Assembly (NCBI GenBank): GCA_965218795.1
Contig: OZ244653.1
Location: 2,688,001 to 2,752,000, forward strand
Reading direction: 5' to 3'
DNA from: a bacterium
GTDB taxonomy: Bacteria; UBA8248; JACPRG01; G963555815
Length of the DNA stretch: 64,000 bases
The notes under the pieces are model-generated. The model saw only the letters and a program-made list of their open reading frames with translations. It was not told the DNA's origin and did not search any database. Both the position numbers and the translations under genes were made by a program. Position 1 is the stretch's first letter. Every line of letters begins with the position of its first letter. Below are positions 31,015-41,877 of the stretch, piece after piece.

Positions 31015-31262
31015 AATCCCCGCGGGGCAGGCGCAACGCTTACAATGTAGTGGGTGTAGGTGACAACCGGATAGGCAGGAACAATCAAGCGACCGGCGAG
31101 TGGTTGTCGATTCCTCCATTCTCCGCCGCATGGTGCGAGGCCGCATCCGTTTCGCCACCCTCGGCAACGCCGAGACCATGACCCTGCTCCGTGCGATCCT
31201 CAGCGATATGGACAGAATAAACAGGAACTGTCAGCGGACGTTTCGGTTGCCTGTCGCGGGTC

Positions 31263-32561
31263 TCACTTTTCCGGAATAAGTCCGCGCGGAAAGAATCTTA
31301 GGACAAGAAGAAGAATAACGCCCATCGTCAACAGCCGCATGTAAGCGGCCGAGCGCAGCAAATGGGCGCGCAGGCCGCTGCCTTCCGGCAGGCCGGCGGT
31401 AACTACGTCCATCAGCCATAGCCCTACCGGTTCGACCTCTACCCAAAGAAACCAGACAATCATGCCCCCGAGAACGGCGCCCCAGTTATTTCCGGAGCCG
31501 CCGAGGATCACCATGACCCAGACCAGGAACGTGAAACGCAGAGGCTGGTAGGAACCGGGGGTGAGCTGGCCGTCCAGCGTGGTGATCATCGCGCCCGCGA
31601 TGCCGCAGACGGCCGAGCCCAGAATGAATGTCTGCAAGTGTCGAGCGGCCACGTTCTTTCCCATGGCTTCCGCCGCGGTCTCGTTGTCGCGGATCGCGCG
31701 CATCATCCGCCCCCAGGGCGAATTGAGCGCTTTCTGGGACAGCCACAGCAGAACCAGCAGCACGGCGGCGAACAGGGCGGCATAGGACAGCTTCACATAT
31801 GCCGATGACAGATCGACCGGATCCACGCCGAGACGCGACGCCCATCCGAGGAAGGCTTCCGATTTCTGAAGATCCACCTCGTAGGCGACCGGACGGGGAA
31901 GACCGGTGACGTTCTTGACGCCGCGGACAAGCCAGTCTTCGTTCTTGATGACAATAATGATGATTTCGGCGATTCCGAACGTCGTGATGGCCAGGTAATC
32001 CGTACGAAGCCCCAGCGCCATCTTGCCGACGATCCAGGCGGCGCCGGCCGCCAGCAGCCCGCCGACGGGCCAGGAAATAAGGATGGGAAGGCCGAGCCCG
32101 CCGAGATAACCGGTGGCGGCGGGATTCACCCTTTCAATGGCGGCGACCGCCGGATCCAAGACGAGTCGGAACAGGAAACCGCCGGCGACCAGGATTGCAA
32201 TGAGCGCGAACCAGCGCCGGCGGCCGGGACTCATCCGTCTCCAGAGGAATATCGCGACGGTGACGGTTCCGGCGCCAAGCAGCAGCGCGGCGATGACCTG
32301 CAATCCTCCCGCGGCCCAGGCCGCTCCGACCGGCGGCATGCCGACGATGACGGCGGCCACGCCGCCCAGCGCAACGAAGCCCATGGTTCCGAAGTTGAAC
32401 AGGCCCGCATACCCCCATTGCGCATTGAGCCCGAGGCTCATGATCGCCGAGATCAGGCACAGGTTGAGAATCGTCAGCGCAACGGACCAGCTCTGCGCCA
32501 GACCGACGAGAACGAGCAGCGCAAAGACGGCCGCAAACAGAGCGGTGTTTTTCCGGTTCAC
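31263..32561 (-). CDS. Branched-chain amino acid ABC permease (LivM-like)
   Basis: LGLNAQWGYAGLFNFG, LRTDYLAI, SPWGRMMRAIRDNE. Confidence 0.92.
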   Translation of the reverse strand: MNRKNTALFAAVFALLVLVGLAQSWSVALTILNLCLISAIMSLGLNAQWGYAGLFNFGTMGFVALGGVAAVIVGMPPVGAAWAAGGLQVIAALLLGAGTVTVAIFLWRRMSPGRRRWFALIAILVAGGFLFRLVLDPAVAAIERVNPAATGYLGGLGLPILISWPVGGLLAAGAAWIVGKMALGLRTDYLAITTFGIAEIIIIVIKNEDWLVRGVKNVTGLPRPVAYEVDLQKSEAFLGWASRLGVDPVDLSSAYVKLSYAALFAAVLLVLLWLSQKALNSPWGRMMRAIRDNETAAEAMGKNVAARHLQTFILGSAVCGIAGAMITTLDGQLTPGSYQPLRFTFLVWVMVILGGSGNNWGAVLGGMIVWFLWVEVEPVGLWLMDVVTAGLPEGSGLRAHLLRSAAYMRLLTMGVILLLVLRFFPRGLIPEK

Positions 32562-33568
32562 TTCGATCCGCGCGTGAAAAGGCCAGTCGGCTTGAACATG
32601 AGGACGAGAATCAGGATGCCGAAAGAAACCGCCAGCTTGTAATCGGTCGAAAGAATCTGGACGAGGTTTTCGGGCCTCATGCTCTCCGGCAGGATATAGC
32701 CGAGAAATTTCTTGAAAGCGTACGTAATCGATATCTCGGAGAAAGCGACCACGAACCCTCCCGCGATGGCGCCGACCGGATTGCCGAGTCCGCCGACAAT
32801 CGCCGCGGCGAATATCGGCAGCAGGAGTTGGAAGTAGGTGAAAGGCTTGAAGCCCTTGTCCAGGCCGTACAGCACGCCGGCCGTGGTGGCGAGCGCCGCG
32901 GTGAGTATCCAGGTGACCGCGATCACGCGCTCGGCATTGATACCGCACAGAGCTGCGAGATCCTCGTTATCGGCCATCGCCCGCATGGATTTTCCGGTGC
33001 GGGTCCGTCCGATGAACCAGAACAGGGCCGTGACGGCGATGACGGCGGCGACGACGGTGATGGACTGCGGCACATTGATCGTCAGACCTTCGGAAAGCCC
33101 GGTCGCCTTCTTGAACTCACGCGCCTTGACGATAAACCGGGCGCCGTCGGCAAAGCGCTGATGCTCCGGGCCGATGACCAGGCGGACGATACTGTTGAAA
33201 ACGAACATGACGCCGACGGAGGCGATCATGAATATCATCGCGTCGCTCTTGCGGCGCCGGTAGAACCGGTAGACGATCCGATCCGTGGCCAGCAACAAGG
33301 CGGCGGCCGCGGCGATTCCGACCGGAAGGGCGAGCAGCGCCGTCGGCAGAACGCCAAGAGACACGCCGGACGCCTGCAGCCACCAGGTCACGAGGATCGT
33401 AATCATCGTGCCGAAGGCCATGATGTCGCCGTGGGCAAAGTTGGAAAATCGCAGAACCCCGTATACCAGCGTGACCCCGAGCGCGCCGAGGGTCAGCTGG
33501 CAGCCATAGGCGGTCGCCGGAATAATCACGAAGTTGCAGAGGAGGATGACCGCGTTCAGGAAATCCAT
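32558..33568 (-). CDS. Branched-chain amino acid ABC permease (LivH-like)
   Basis: LGVTLVYGVLRFSNFAHG, TGKSMRAMADN, KPTGLF. Confidence 0.93.
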   Translation of the reverse strand: MDFLNAVILLCNFVIIPATAYGCQLTLGALGVTLVYGVLRFSNFAHGDIMAFGTMITILVTWWLQASGVSLGVLPTALLALPVGIAAAAALLLATDRIVYRFYRRRKSDAMIFMIASVGVMFVFNSIVRLVIGPEHQRFADGARFIVKAREFKKATGLSEGLTINVPQSITVVAAVIAVTALFWFIGRTRTGKSMRAMADNEDLAALCGINAERVIAVTWILTAALATTAGVLYGLDKGFKPFTYFQLLLPIFAAAIVGGLGNPVGAIAGGFVVAFSEISITYAFKKFLGYILPESMRPENLVQILSTDYKLAVSFGILILVLMFKPTGLFTRGSK

Positions 33569-33571
33569 CGT

Positions 33572-34276
33572 TCACTGTCCGAGGAACGACTTCCGGACAT
33601 CGGGGTCGATGAGCAGCTTGACGCCGTCATCCGTATAATGGTTTCGGCCCTGGACGAGGACATAGCCAGCATCGGCGATGGCCAGGGCCTGCCTCGCATT
33701 CTGCTCGACCATCAGGATCGAGACCCCGGTGTGGACAATTTCCATGATCCGGAACATGATCTCGTCTCGAACGATCGGAGACACCCCCGCGGTCGGCTCG
33801 TCGAGCATCAGAACCTTCGGCAGCGTCATGAGGCCGCGGCCGATGGCGACCTGCTGGCGCTGGCCTCCGGACAGCTCGCCGGCAAGTTGCCGCCGCTTGT
33901 CCTTGAGGACCGGGAACAGTTCGTAGATCTGTTCCATCGTTTCCATGATGTTGTCCCGACGAAGGAAGGCCCCCATTTCGAGGTTTTCCTCCACCGTCAT
34001 TGACGGGAACACGTTGTCGGTCTGGGGAACGAAAGCCATCCCTTTCGATACCCGGTTCCGGGGCGAAAGCCGGGTGATGTCTTCCCCATGCAACCACACC
34101 GATCCCTGGCGAAGGTCGATCATCCCGAAGATCGCCTTCATCGCGGTCGATTTTCCGGCTCCATTGGGACCGACGATCACCGATATCTGTCCTGTTTCGG
34201 CGGCGATCGTGCAGCCGTCGAGGATATCGTCGCCGCCGTATCCTCCGGTCATGTTCTTTCCGACAAGCAGGCTCAT
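33572..34276 (-). CDS. ABC ATPase (LivF-like)
   Basis: GPNGAGKS, LSGGQ, LDEP, EQN. Confidence 0.95.
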   Translation of the reverse strand: MSLLVGKNMTGGYGGDDILDGCTIAAETGQISVIVGPNGAGKSTAMKAIFGMIDLRQGSVWLHGEDITRLSPRNRVSKGMAFVPQTDNVFPSMTVEENLEMGAFLRRDNIMETMEQIYELFPVLKDKRRQLAGELSGGQRQQVAIGRGLMTLPKVLMLDEPTAGVSPIVRDEIMFRIMEIVHTGVSILMVEQNARQALAIADAGYVLVQGRNHYTDDGVKLLIDPDVRKSFLGQ

Positions 34277-35049
34277 GCCGGACCGTCTCCGGAAAACCCA
34301 CTGCCGAGATATTTCATGATGACCTCTTCGTTCGCCATCACCTGTTCCGCCGAACCCTCCATCAGCACCTTGCCCTCCGCCATCACGATAACCGGATCGC
34401 AGAGACTCGAGATCGTATCCATGTTGTGCTCGATCATGCAGAAGGTATAGTCGCGCTCCCGGTTGAGTCTGACGATCGACTCTCCGATGGTTTTCATCAG
34501 CGTCGGATTCACGCCCGCGCCGACCTCGTCGAGGAAGACGATCCGGGCCTCCGCCATCATCGTCCGGCCCAGCTCGAGAAGCTTCTTTTGCCCGCCCGAC
34601 AGGTTTCCGGCGCGCTCGTCGGCGAGATGACCGACGGTAAGGAATTCCATGACTTCCCCGGCTCTCGCGGCCAGGGTCCGTTCCTCTTCGGCTACCCGCG
34701 CGGGGCGCAACCAGACCGAGACGAGGCTTTCTCCCGACTGGCCGGCGGGAACCATCATCAGGTTTTCGCGTACGGTCATGGACGAGAATTCGTGGGCGAT
34801 CTGGAAGGTGCGGAGAAGCCCCTTGTTGAAAAGTTCGTGAGGCGGCAGCCCCGTGACATCCTCGTCGGCCATACGGATACTGCCCGAATCCGGCCGGTAC
34901 ATCCCGGCGATGACATTGAACAGCGTCGTCTTGCCGGCTCCGTTGGGGCCGATGAGCCCGGTGATCGTGTTTTGAGCGATCACGAGAGACACCCCGTCGA
35001 CCGCGTGTACGCCCCCGAAATGCTTGTAAACGTTCTCGACGGTAATCAT
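34273..35049 (-). CDS. ABC ATPase (LivG-like)
   Basis: GPNGAGKT, LSGGQ, LDE, EHNM. Confidence 0.95.
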   Translation of the reverse strand: MITVENVYKHFGGVHAVDGVSLVIAQNTITGLIGPNGAGKTTLFNVIAGMYRPDSGSIRMADEDVTGLPPHELFNKGLLRTFQIAHEFSSMTVRENLMMVPAGQSGESLVSVWLRPARVAEEERTLAARAGEVMEFLTVGHLADERAGNLSGGQKKLLELGRTMMAEARIVFLDEVGAGVNPTLMKTIGESIVRLNRERDYTFCMIEHNMDTISSLCDPVIVMAEGKVLMEGSAEQVMANEEVIMKYLGSGFSGDGPA

Positions 35050-35126
35050 CTGCCGACGCTCCGCGCGAACCGGCGGACAAAAGGACCGGTCCGGTCCGCC
35101 GCCTCGAGGCGACGGCATCGCCGGCC

Positions 35127-36326
35127 TCAGTAATAGCGTACCGTGACGATCTTGCCGTTCTTTATTTCGATTTCACGGTAGTTGCCCTTGGATTCTCCGG
35201 CGCCGACCAACTCGACCGCCGACCCGCCGACATAGTCGACATCGCCGCCGTCCTTGAGTATCCGCAGCGCCTTTCCGAGTTCGCCGGGGAGAATTTTTTC
35301 CCCCGGAGCATTGGCGACGCTCATCACCTTGCTCTTGTAGGCCGCAGGGTCCGAGGAGCCGGCCGCCTGCATGGCCAGAATGATGAGCGCGGCCGCATCA
35401 TAGGATTCCGGAGCAAACGGGGTGTCGCCCTTGAAACCGTTCTCCTTGCCCAACTTGACGATCAACGCCGCGCCGGGGCTGTCGGTTCCGGGATGCTGGC
35501 CGAAAGAGCCGTTGAGATCGGAACCGACGGCCTTGACCAGCGATTCGCCGACCATGCCGTCGGGCAGGACGAAAGTTCTGAAGGCATCCGTGTCGAGCGC
35601 CATTCGGATGATTCCGAGGCCGCCTTGGTCAAGATAGCCAGCCACGACGAGCGCCTCTCCGCCCGCCGAAGCCAGCGCGCCGACTTCCGCGGAATAATCG
35701 GCCTTGCCATCCTCATGCGCGGCATTGATCGTGATTTTGCCGCCCGCGGTTTCGAATGCCGACTTGAAGGATTCGGCAAGCCCCTTGCCGTAATCGTTGT
35801 TGGTGTAGGTGACGGCAACGGTCTTGATCCCGCGATCCGTGATGATTTTCGTCATGACCTGGCCCTGGCGGGTGTCGGACGGCGCGGTGCGGAAGAAAAG
35901 ACCGTCATCTTTCGCGGTCGAAAGCGCGGGGCTGGTCGCCGATGGCGAAATCATGACGATGCCGTTCGGACGTGCCACCTTTTGAAGGATCGCGCTGGTA
36001 ACGCCGGAGCAGTCGCCGCCCACGATGCCCCTTACCTTGTCCGCGGTCACAAGACGTTCCGCCGCAGTCGTCGCGGCCGCGGCATCGATGCAAGTCGAAT
36101 CGGCCTTGACGGCCGTAATCGTCGAGCCGCCGAGGAAAAGGCCGGATGCGCTTGCTTCCTTCATTGCCAACTCCGCGCCCGCGCTCATGTCCGGCGTCAG
36201 CGATTCGATCGGGCCGGTAAATCCGACAATGATGCCAAGCTTTACATTTTCAGCGTTGGCGCCTGCCACGGTTACCGTCATCGCCGCAACGGCAATGGCA
36301 ATGGCTATGAGAACTTTTTTGTTCAC
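35127..36326 (-). CDS. Branched-chain amino acid ABC substrate-binding protein
   Basis: Signal peptide, ISPSATSPAL, FFRTAPSD, NNDYGKGL. Confidence 0.93.
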   Translation of the reverse strand: MNKKVLIAIAIAVAAMTVTVAGANAENVKLGIIVGFTGPIESLTPDMSAGAELAMKEASASGLFLGGSTITAVKADSTCIDAAAATTAAERLVTADKVRGIVGGDCSGVTSAILQKVARPNGIVMISPSATSPALSTAKDDGLFFRTAPSDTRQGQVMTKIITDRGIKTVAVTYTNNDYGKGLAESFKSAFETAGGKITINAAHEDGKADYSAEVGALASAGGEALVVAGYLDQGGLGIIRMALDTDAFRTFVLPDGMVGESLVKAVGSDLNGSFGQHPGTDSPGAALIVKLGKENGFKGDTPFAPESYDAAALIILAMQAAGSSDPAAYKSKVMSVANAPGEKILPGELGKALRILKDGGDVDYVGGSAVELVGAGESKGNYREIEIKNGKIVTVRYY

Positions 36327-36569
36327 TGGAATCTTCCTTTGTAAAGCAATCGATAGCCCTCTGTGCCTCCGTCGTCATCCTCAAGTTACCGTCGGCACTG
36401 TCACAGCGGAACAAAAGTCTACCATGAGCCGGCGCAAAAGATGAAAGAGGCATTTGCGCGGGTGCACGTCAAGAAATTGATGTGTTGAGGAAAGGTGGAA
36501 AGAGGCTTGCGCTCTGACATATGGTGAATATGTCAGAGAGCAGCGGAGCGTGCCATGCCTTTTTCTTCC

Positions 36570-36810
36570 GATCACGAAGACCTTCTCCGGCATCGGAGAG
36601 CTTCGACCGGGCTCCCTGAAGCCCCGATACCGCAAATGCCGAAAACCCAATTTGTTCTGAGACGGTATTCGCCTGACAGTTTGGATAAACCCCTTCACCG
36701 TGTCGACGGGCCGCCTCCCCATGTTGCGATAGCCCTGTGAGGGCCGCTCGGTGTTGTAGAACTTGACGAGGCGTCTTCAGGTACGCGTCCAGGTCCTCGG
36801 AATCTGGTGG
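36570..36810. pseudogene. IS debris: IS481-type C-terminus (minus) and DUF6788-like fragment (plus)
   Basis: DLDAYL..FYNTERPSQGYRNMGRRPVDT (minus), GELRPGSLKPRYRKCRKPN (plus). Confidence 0.55.
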
Positions 36811-37039
36811 ACCCCATACCGAATCGATGCTGATGCCCTTTTTTTCGTCCTGGTTTCCGCCTTTGCAGGATACGGCCCAATGCCCCTTCAACCCTTCCAA
36901 AAGTCAATCATTACCTAGGGTGTCCCGACTGGTCGGAGAAAGCTGCTCGGCCGCCGCCGGCACCGAGCGCACAGTTGCTCAGGGTCGATAGCGTCCAGCC
37001 GCGATAGATCGCGTAGTCCCGCGCGGGATTCAAAACGTC

Positions 37040-37257
37040 TTTCTCTGTCATTTCCGGCCCCCGGCAACGCCCCGGCTGAATCGCCGGAGCGTTTTCATAT
37101 CTGAAATCGACCATGCAACCCTGTTGCACGGAATTTCTCTGTCATTTCCGGCCCCCGGCAACGCCCCGGCTGAATCGCCGGAGCGTTTTCATATCTGAAA
37201 TCGACCATGCAACCCTGTTGCACGGCCCAGGAAACGGCCGTGCAACAGGGTTGCATG
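37040..37257. repeat. 92-bp direct repeat (period 94) followed by a perfect 22-bp inverted repeat
   Basis: 37040-37131 = 37134-37225. CATGCAACCCTGTTGCACGGCC (37206-27) / GGCCGTGCAACAGGGTTGCATG (37236-57). Confidence 0.92.
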
Positions 37258-37552
37258 ACGGTTGCCGCCTCCCCCTCGCAGTCCATACCCTTATCCAAAT
37301 GAAGTCAGAATATATTTTTGCTCCCCCCTCAAGCTCCTTGCTCACATCCGTCAACCCACTTCCTTGAAATCATGCGCCACCGCTCCTTTCACTTTCACCA
37401 GTTCATTCTCGCAAAGACGTTCCCCGAAGTGCACGCGCAACGGGACGACTCCCCTTCCGGTTGGGGTCGTTTGACCGGTGTCAGGAAGGAGCGACGGGCG
37501 GGAGAAGGAGGGCACAGCGTACTGAGAATCACGACCCGCAAATCGACGAAGC

Positions 37553-38602
37553 TCAGTTCTTGAACGGTGTTGCGGCTTCCAGCGCAGGGGCATCCGGGCG
37601 CGCATCCGTTTCGCCCGTCTCATCCACTTCGAGGCCTCGGCCGGGGTACCCCATCTCGCGGATCATCCGGTGGGCCTCCTCGGCGGTCTGTCCCGGCGTT
37701 GTCAGGTAACCGGAAACGAAGATCGAGTTGGCCGGATAGAGCGCCAGCCCCTGGAGCGGGCCGAGCTGCACCTCACGACCGCCCGCCACGCGAATCTCCG
37801 ACTTCGGATTGAAGAACCGCATCAGGCTCAGGAGCCGCAGGCACCGCCTCGCGCCGAGCCGCGGCGTGTCCTGCAGGGGCGTTCCCGGAATGGCGTGCAG
37901 AAAATTCACCGGGATGGATTCCGGCTGAATCGCGCGCAGCGCCCTGCATACATCAATCACGTCACCGTTCGTCTCGCCCTGGCCGAAGATCACCCCCGAG
38001 CAGAGCTCCATGCCCGCGCCGCGAGCGGCCCGTAGGGTCTCCATTCGATCCCCATAGGTATGGGTTGTGCAGATCTCCGGATAAAACCGTTCGCTCGTAT
38101 TCAGGTTGTGATTCAAGCGGTCGACGCCGATTTGTCGAAGCCGCCGGGCCTCCTTGTCGCCGAAGATCCCCAGCGAGCAGCAGATCGACAGGTCGAACTC
38201 CGACTTGATGCGCCGGATCGCCGAGCCGATGCGCCCGATCTCCCCGTCGGTCGGACCCCGCCCGCTGATCACGATGCAATACCGACGCGAGCTCGCTTCC
38301 GCCGCGCGCCTGGCGCCTTCGTACAAAGCCTCTTCGGTGACGAGGCCGTATTTGTCGATGTCGGCCTTGGAGACGGCGGATTGCGAGCAGTAGGCGCAGT
38401 CCTCGGGGCACAGGCCGCTCTTCGCGTTGGCCAGGAGGTGGATCTGGACTTTCCGGCCGAAATGCGCCCGCCTCACCCGGAACGCCCCATCAAGGATGGG
38501 GAGAAGATCGTCCTCCGGGGCGCCGATGATCGCCTCGGCCTCTTCGCGGGAGGGCTCGCCGCCCTCCAGAACCCGGCCGGCCAGGCCGTTGTAATCGGTC
38601 AT
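37553..38602 (-). CDS. bioB: Biotin synthase
   Basis: Radical-SAM motif CPEDCAYC in NAKSGLC..., NHNLNTS, TTHTY, IPVNFL, RVAGGRE. Confidence 0.95.
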   Translation of the reverse strand: MTDYNGLAGRVLEGGEPSREEAEAIIGAPEDDLLPILDGAFRVRRAHFGRKVQIHLLANAKSGLCPEDCAYCSQSAVSKADIDKYGLVTEEALYEGARRAAEASSRRYCIVISGRGPTDGEIGRIGSAIRRIKSEFDLSICCSLGIFGDKEARRLRQIGVDRLNHNLNTSERFYPEICTTHTYGDRMETLRAARGAGMELCSGVIFGQGETNGDVIDVCRALRAIQPESIPVNFLHAIPGTPLQDTPRLGARRCLRLLSLMRFFNPKSEIRVAGGREVQLGPLQGLALYPANSIFVSGYLTTPGQTAEEAHRMIREMGYPGRGLEVDETGETDARPDAPALEAATPFKN

Positions 38603-38685
38603 CTTCAAATCGTTCCCTTCCGAAACTTGCGCGCCTTCTTTCTGCGTTTCCTCGCACGGATGCGGACGGCCTGGAGCCTTGCATT

Positions 38686-39987
38686 TCAGGACGGGGAGGG
38701 GCTCGTCGGCGCGCCGTAGAGAATATTGGCGAGGGAGTCCCGAACGGCGGCCGGGTCCATGCCGTTGGCGCGGATGTAATGTTCGTTCCGGTCCAGGACC
38801 TGCTGGATGTCTCCCATCAGTCGGAAGCGCTGGAAGTAGGCATCGTGATGAACGTCCATGGCCTCTCCGATCAGGGAGATGAAATTGCACACGGTAAAGG
38901 GGTGGTTCGCCTCCTCCCCGCAGAGCTCCCGATAGCAACTGTGGTACGTGGCCGCGAGCGTATCGATGCCCGCCTTGCGCGCCTCGCGAAAGAGGACGTC
39001 CTTCATATCCTTCTTGGCTTCTTCGAGGATCAGCGTCGGGCACTGGTAGCCGTTCTGGACGAGCTGGGGGATCTCCACCAGCTCCAGTCCGGGCACGGAT
39101 CCCAGGATCTTTCGGACGTTCTCGTTGACGCCCGGCACGCCCGTGTGCTCGTGGAGTCCCACCCGCTTGTGGACCGGCCGGACATACCGCGCCGCAAGAG
39201 CCTCCAGCCGATCGGCGAGAAATTGCGTGATGTGATCGAAGGGCATCGGCGTCGGCTCGCCCATGGGCGGACGCTCGGTATATTGCATCTGGCAGGTCGG
39301 GCAGAAGGTCACCACCGTGTCCGGCTCGAAGGCGGTAAAGTGGTCGAGGGAGTTCGCCTTCATCCTGCCGCCGCCTTCCTCGTCTCCCTGCCGCAGGTGG
39401 TTCACGCCGCAGCAGTTGGCCACCCCCCCTTGAACGACGAAATCGATATCGAGCTGATCGAAGATGTCCATGACGGTGAAGATGATGTGAGGGGTTTGGA
39501 GGAGGTTGCAGCCGAAGTAGAAGACGATGTCCGCGCTCGATTCCTTCCCCTGCGAGACGGTGATGAGGTGCTGGAACCGCTCCGGCTCCATCTGCGTGCC
39601 CGCGACGAGCTTGAGCGTCTGGGCGAACCGCCGGAAGAATCCCGCTGACTCTTCCTGAATTTTCGGGAGGCCGCCTTTCTTCGTGAACAGCCGGGTGCGC
39701 GCGTACGCCAGCATGGTCCTCGGGTTGACGGGCTCCGGGCAGGCGTCGACGCATAGACCGCTCTGCTGGCAGGCCTCGGCCCACTCACCTCCTTCGCCGG
39801 TGAAATCCCGGTCCATCAGGAGATCGATGACGTCGCGCGTGACCCGCTCGGGATCGGCTTCTGCAAGGCCTGCGTATGGAACCATCGGGCACGCCTTGAA
39901 GCACTTGCCGCAGTAGGTGCAGGCGGCGGCCATCCGGGCGATGTCCTCGTTCATGTAATCGATGTAGGGTGTCGCCGAGGTCGTCAT
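38686..39987 (-). CDS. (Fe-S)-binding CCG-domain oxidoreductase subunit (GlcF/HdrD-like)
   Basis: CTYCGKCFKACP, degenerate second ferredoxin motif, YFGC, CCG, CPTC. Confidence 0.85.
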   Translation of the reverse strand: MTTSATPYIDYMNEDIARMAAACTYCGKCFKACPMVPYAGLAEADPERVTRDVIDLLMDRDFTGEGGEWAEACQQSGLCVDACPEPVNPRTMLAYARTRLFTKKGGLPKIQEESAGFFRRFAQTLKLVAGTQMEPERFQHLITVSQGKESSADIVFYFGCNLLQTPHIIFTVMDIFDQLDIDFVVQGGVANCCGVNHLRQGDEEGGGRMKANSLDHFTAFEPDTVVTFCPTCQMQYTERPPMGEPTPMPFDHITQFLADRLEALAARYVRPVHKRVGLHEHTGVPGVNENVRKILGSVPGLELVEIPQLVQNGYQCPTLILEEAKKDMKDVLFREARKAGIDTLAATYHSCYRELCGEEANHPFTVCNFISLIGEAMDVHHDAYFQRFRLMGDIQQVLDRNEHYIRANGMDPAAVRDSLANILYGAPTSPSPS

Positions 39988-40119
39988 GCGATCCGCCTCA
40001 TTGCAGGACTCCGAAGCGCGCCGTCCAGGGAGGTTATTGTAGTCGCGGAGTCTCGCTTCTACAAACCGACAGGGAACGCCGCCGGTTGGGGCGGCGCCCC
40101 GGACTCGGGGTCAAGGCGG

Positions 40120-41361
40120 TCACATGGCCGGGGCGCGGCCTTCGGCGACGCTCCGGGGGAGCAGGAGATAGTATTCCCCGGGATGCTTCATTCGTCCCGC
40201 GTTTTCCCCGGCCGCCTTCCCCGTCCCCCAAAAAATGTCCGCCCGCACGGGCCCGCGGATAGCCCCGCCCGTGTCCTGGGCGATGAATAGGCGGCGAAGG
40301 GGTTTCGTGTCTCTCCAGGAGCTTCCGGCGGGCGCCTTCGTGTCCACCCACAACGGCGCTCCCAACGGAATGAACCTTCTGTCCACGGCCAGGGACCGGA
40401 GGGGCGTCAGCGCAACGCCCTGCGCGCCGATGGGGCCCTCCCCATCCACTTCGCGGAAGAAAATATACGAGGGATTTTTCTCCATGAGCCTGCGGCCCTT
40501 GTCCGGGTTGTCCCTTATCCAGTTTCGGATGGACTGCATGGAGACCCCCTCGCGCGCGAGCTCTCCGTTGCGGATCAGCTCCCGTCCGATGGAGCGGTAG
40601 GGGTGGCCGTTTTGGGCGGAGTAACCGATGCGGATACGCCGGCCGTCCTCGAGCGCCACCTGACCTGACCCCTGGATGTGGAGAAAGAAGACGGCGACGG
40701 GATCGTCCACCCAGACGATTTCCAGTCCCTGGCCGTCCAGGGACCCGGAGTTGATGGACGCCCGGTTGTGGTACGGACGGAGCCGACCGTCCTGCACCTT
40801 CCCGATGATGCGCCGCCCGCGGAGGTCGCGGTGGAAGGCGCCGAGGTCGACCGTGACGAGGTCTCTTGGGCGGCTGTGGATGGGTACGGTGTAGCGGCCT
40901 GCGCGCTGCCGGGAGCCGCTGAGCACGGGCTCGTAGTAGGCGGTGAACAGCCCTTCGGATTTCTCATGGTTCATCGCCCGGTAGGGGATGAACACCTTCT
41001 CGATGAAATCCCGGACACGGCCGTTGTCTTGCGGAAGGCGGGCGGCTTCCGCGCAGATGGTCCGCCAGTCGGCGACTTGGCCCGCATACCGCTTCCGGTC
41101 AAGTGGACGGTCGTTGGGCTGCCAGCGGAGCCGGCCGCAGGATTTACGGAACGCCGGGAGGATGGCGGCCTGTTGGTCGCTCGTCCATCCGGGCAGGTCC
41201 GAGAAACCGACGCGCTCCAGGATGAGCCGCGAACCGTCGCGTGCGGGCCCGATCATTCGGTCCCTCGCCGGGGGCTCGAAGACGCCCGCGCATCCGGCGA
41301 GGGAAAAAAGCACGAGCAGGGCGGCAAGCCGTCCGGGGTTGGAATTCTGTCGCTGGATCAT
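40120..41361 (-). CDS. mltA: Membrane-bound lytic murein transglycosylase A
   Basis: Lipobox LAGC, FTAYYEP, IQGSG, NPSYIFF, 3D motifs AVD..QDTGGAI.G..RADIFWG. Confidence 0.93.
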   Translation of the reverse strand: MIQRQNSNPGRLAALLVLFSLAGCAGVFEPPARDRMIGPARDGSRLILERVGFSDLPGWTSDQQAAILPAFRKSCGRLRWQPNDRPLDRKRYAGQVADWRTICAEAARLPQDNGRVRDFIEKVFIPYRAMNHEKSEGLFTAYYEPVLSGSRQRAGRYTVPIHSRPRDLVTVDLGAFHRDLRGRRIIGKVQDGRLRPYHNRASINSGSLDGQGLEIVWVDDPVAVFFLHIQGSGQVALEDGRRIRIGYSAQNGHPYRSIGRELIRNGELAREGVSMQSIRNWIRDNPDKGRRLMEKNPSYIFFREVDGEGPIGAQGVALTPLRSLAVDRRFIPLGAPLWVDTKAPAGSSWRDTKPLRRLFIAQDTGGAIRGPVRADIFWGTGKAAGENAGRMKHPGEYYLLLPRSVAEGRAPAM

Positions 41362-41538
41362 CCGGTCTCCTGAAACTTGCCTGAAGCCGGGGGGTGAGCC
41401 AAGCTCCAGGCATGAACCGAAGGTAGCGACCGGGGGAGGAAACGTCAACAAAAAAGGGATGCGCGGGGCATCCCTTTTTTCAGGAAATGGGTACAGTAAC
41501 CGGTCGGCGGAATCAGGCGACGCTCCGGACGACCTCCT

Positions 41539-41780
41539 CTACCCGTCAGGCGCCAGTTGGAACTCCTTCGAGACCTTCTCGACTACGCGGTCCCGCAAGT
41601 CGGAGGGGACGGCGGGGGCGGCCCGTGTGACCGGCTCATACGGCTGGGGCGGGGTCGTCAGGCTGACCAGGTCCCAGCGCGCATAGCGCCCCAGGGAATC
41701 AAAAACGGATTTTACGACCTTGACGTATTTGGCCTGGAGATCGGCGTAGAAGACAGGCGTCGCCCCGCCCGGATCCATAT
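41539..41780 (-). CDS. Small hypothetical protein or fragment
   Basis: Open frame MDPGGATPVFYADL... with protein-like composition. No motif recognised. Confidence 0.35.
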
Positions 41781-41877
41781 GCAATACGGTTTTCTTCCAC
41801 CGGCAGGACCCTGTTGGAAGACCATCCAAAAATGAAAAGGGATTGGCGCTTGGTTCACGCCAACCCGCTGATATAAG

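Noticed and set aside
37040-37257. Possible CRISPR array
   Set aside because: Only two long adjacent copies with no unique spacers, and no cas genes.
37553-39784. 743-aa BioB fusion in the ORF track
   Set aside because: The N-terminal extension is an alternative frame of the Fe-S gene. The real BioB starts near 38602.
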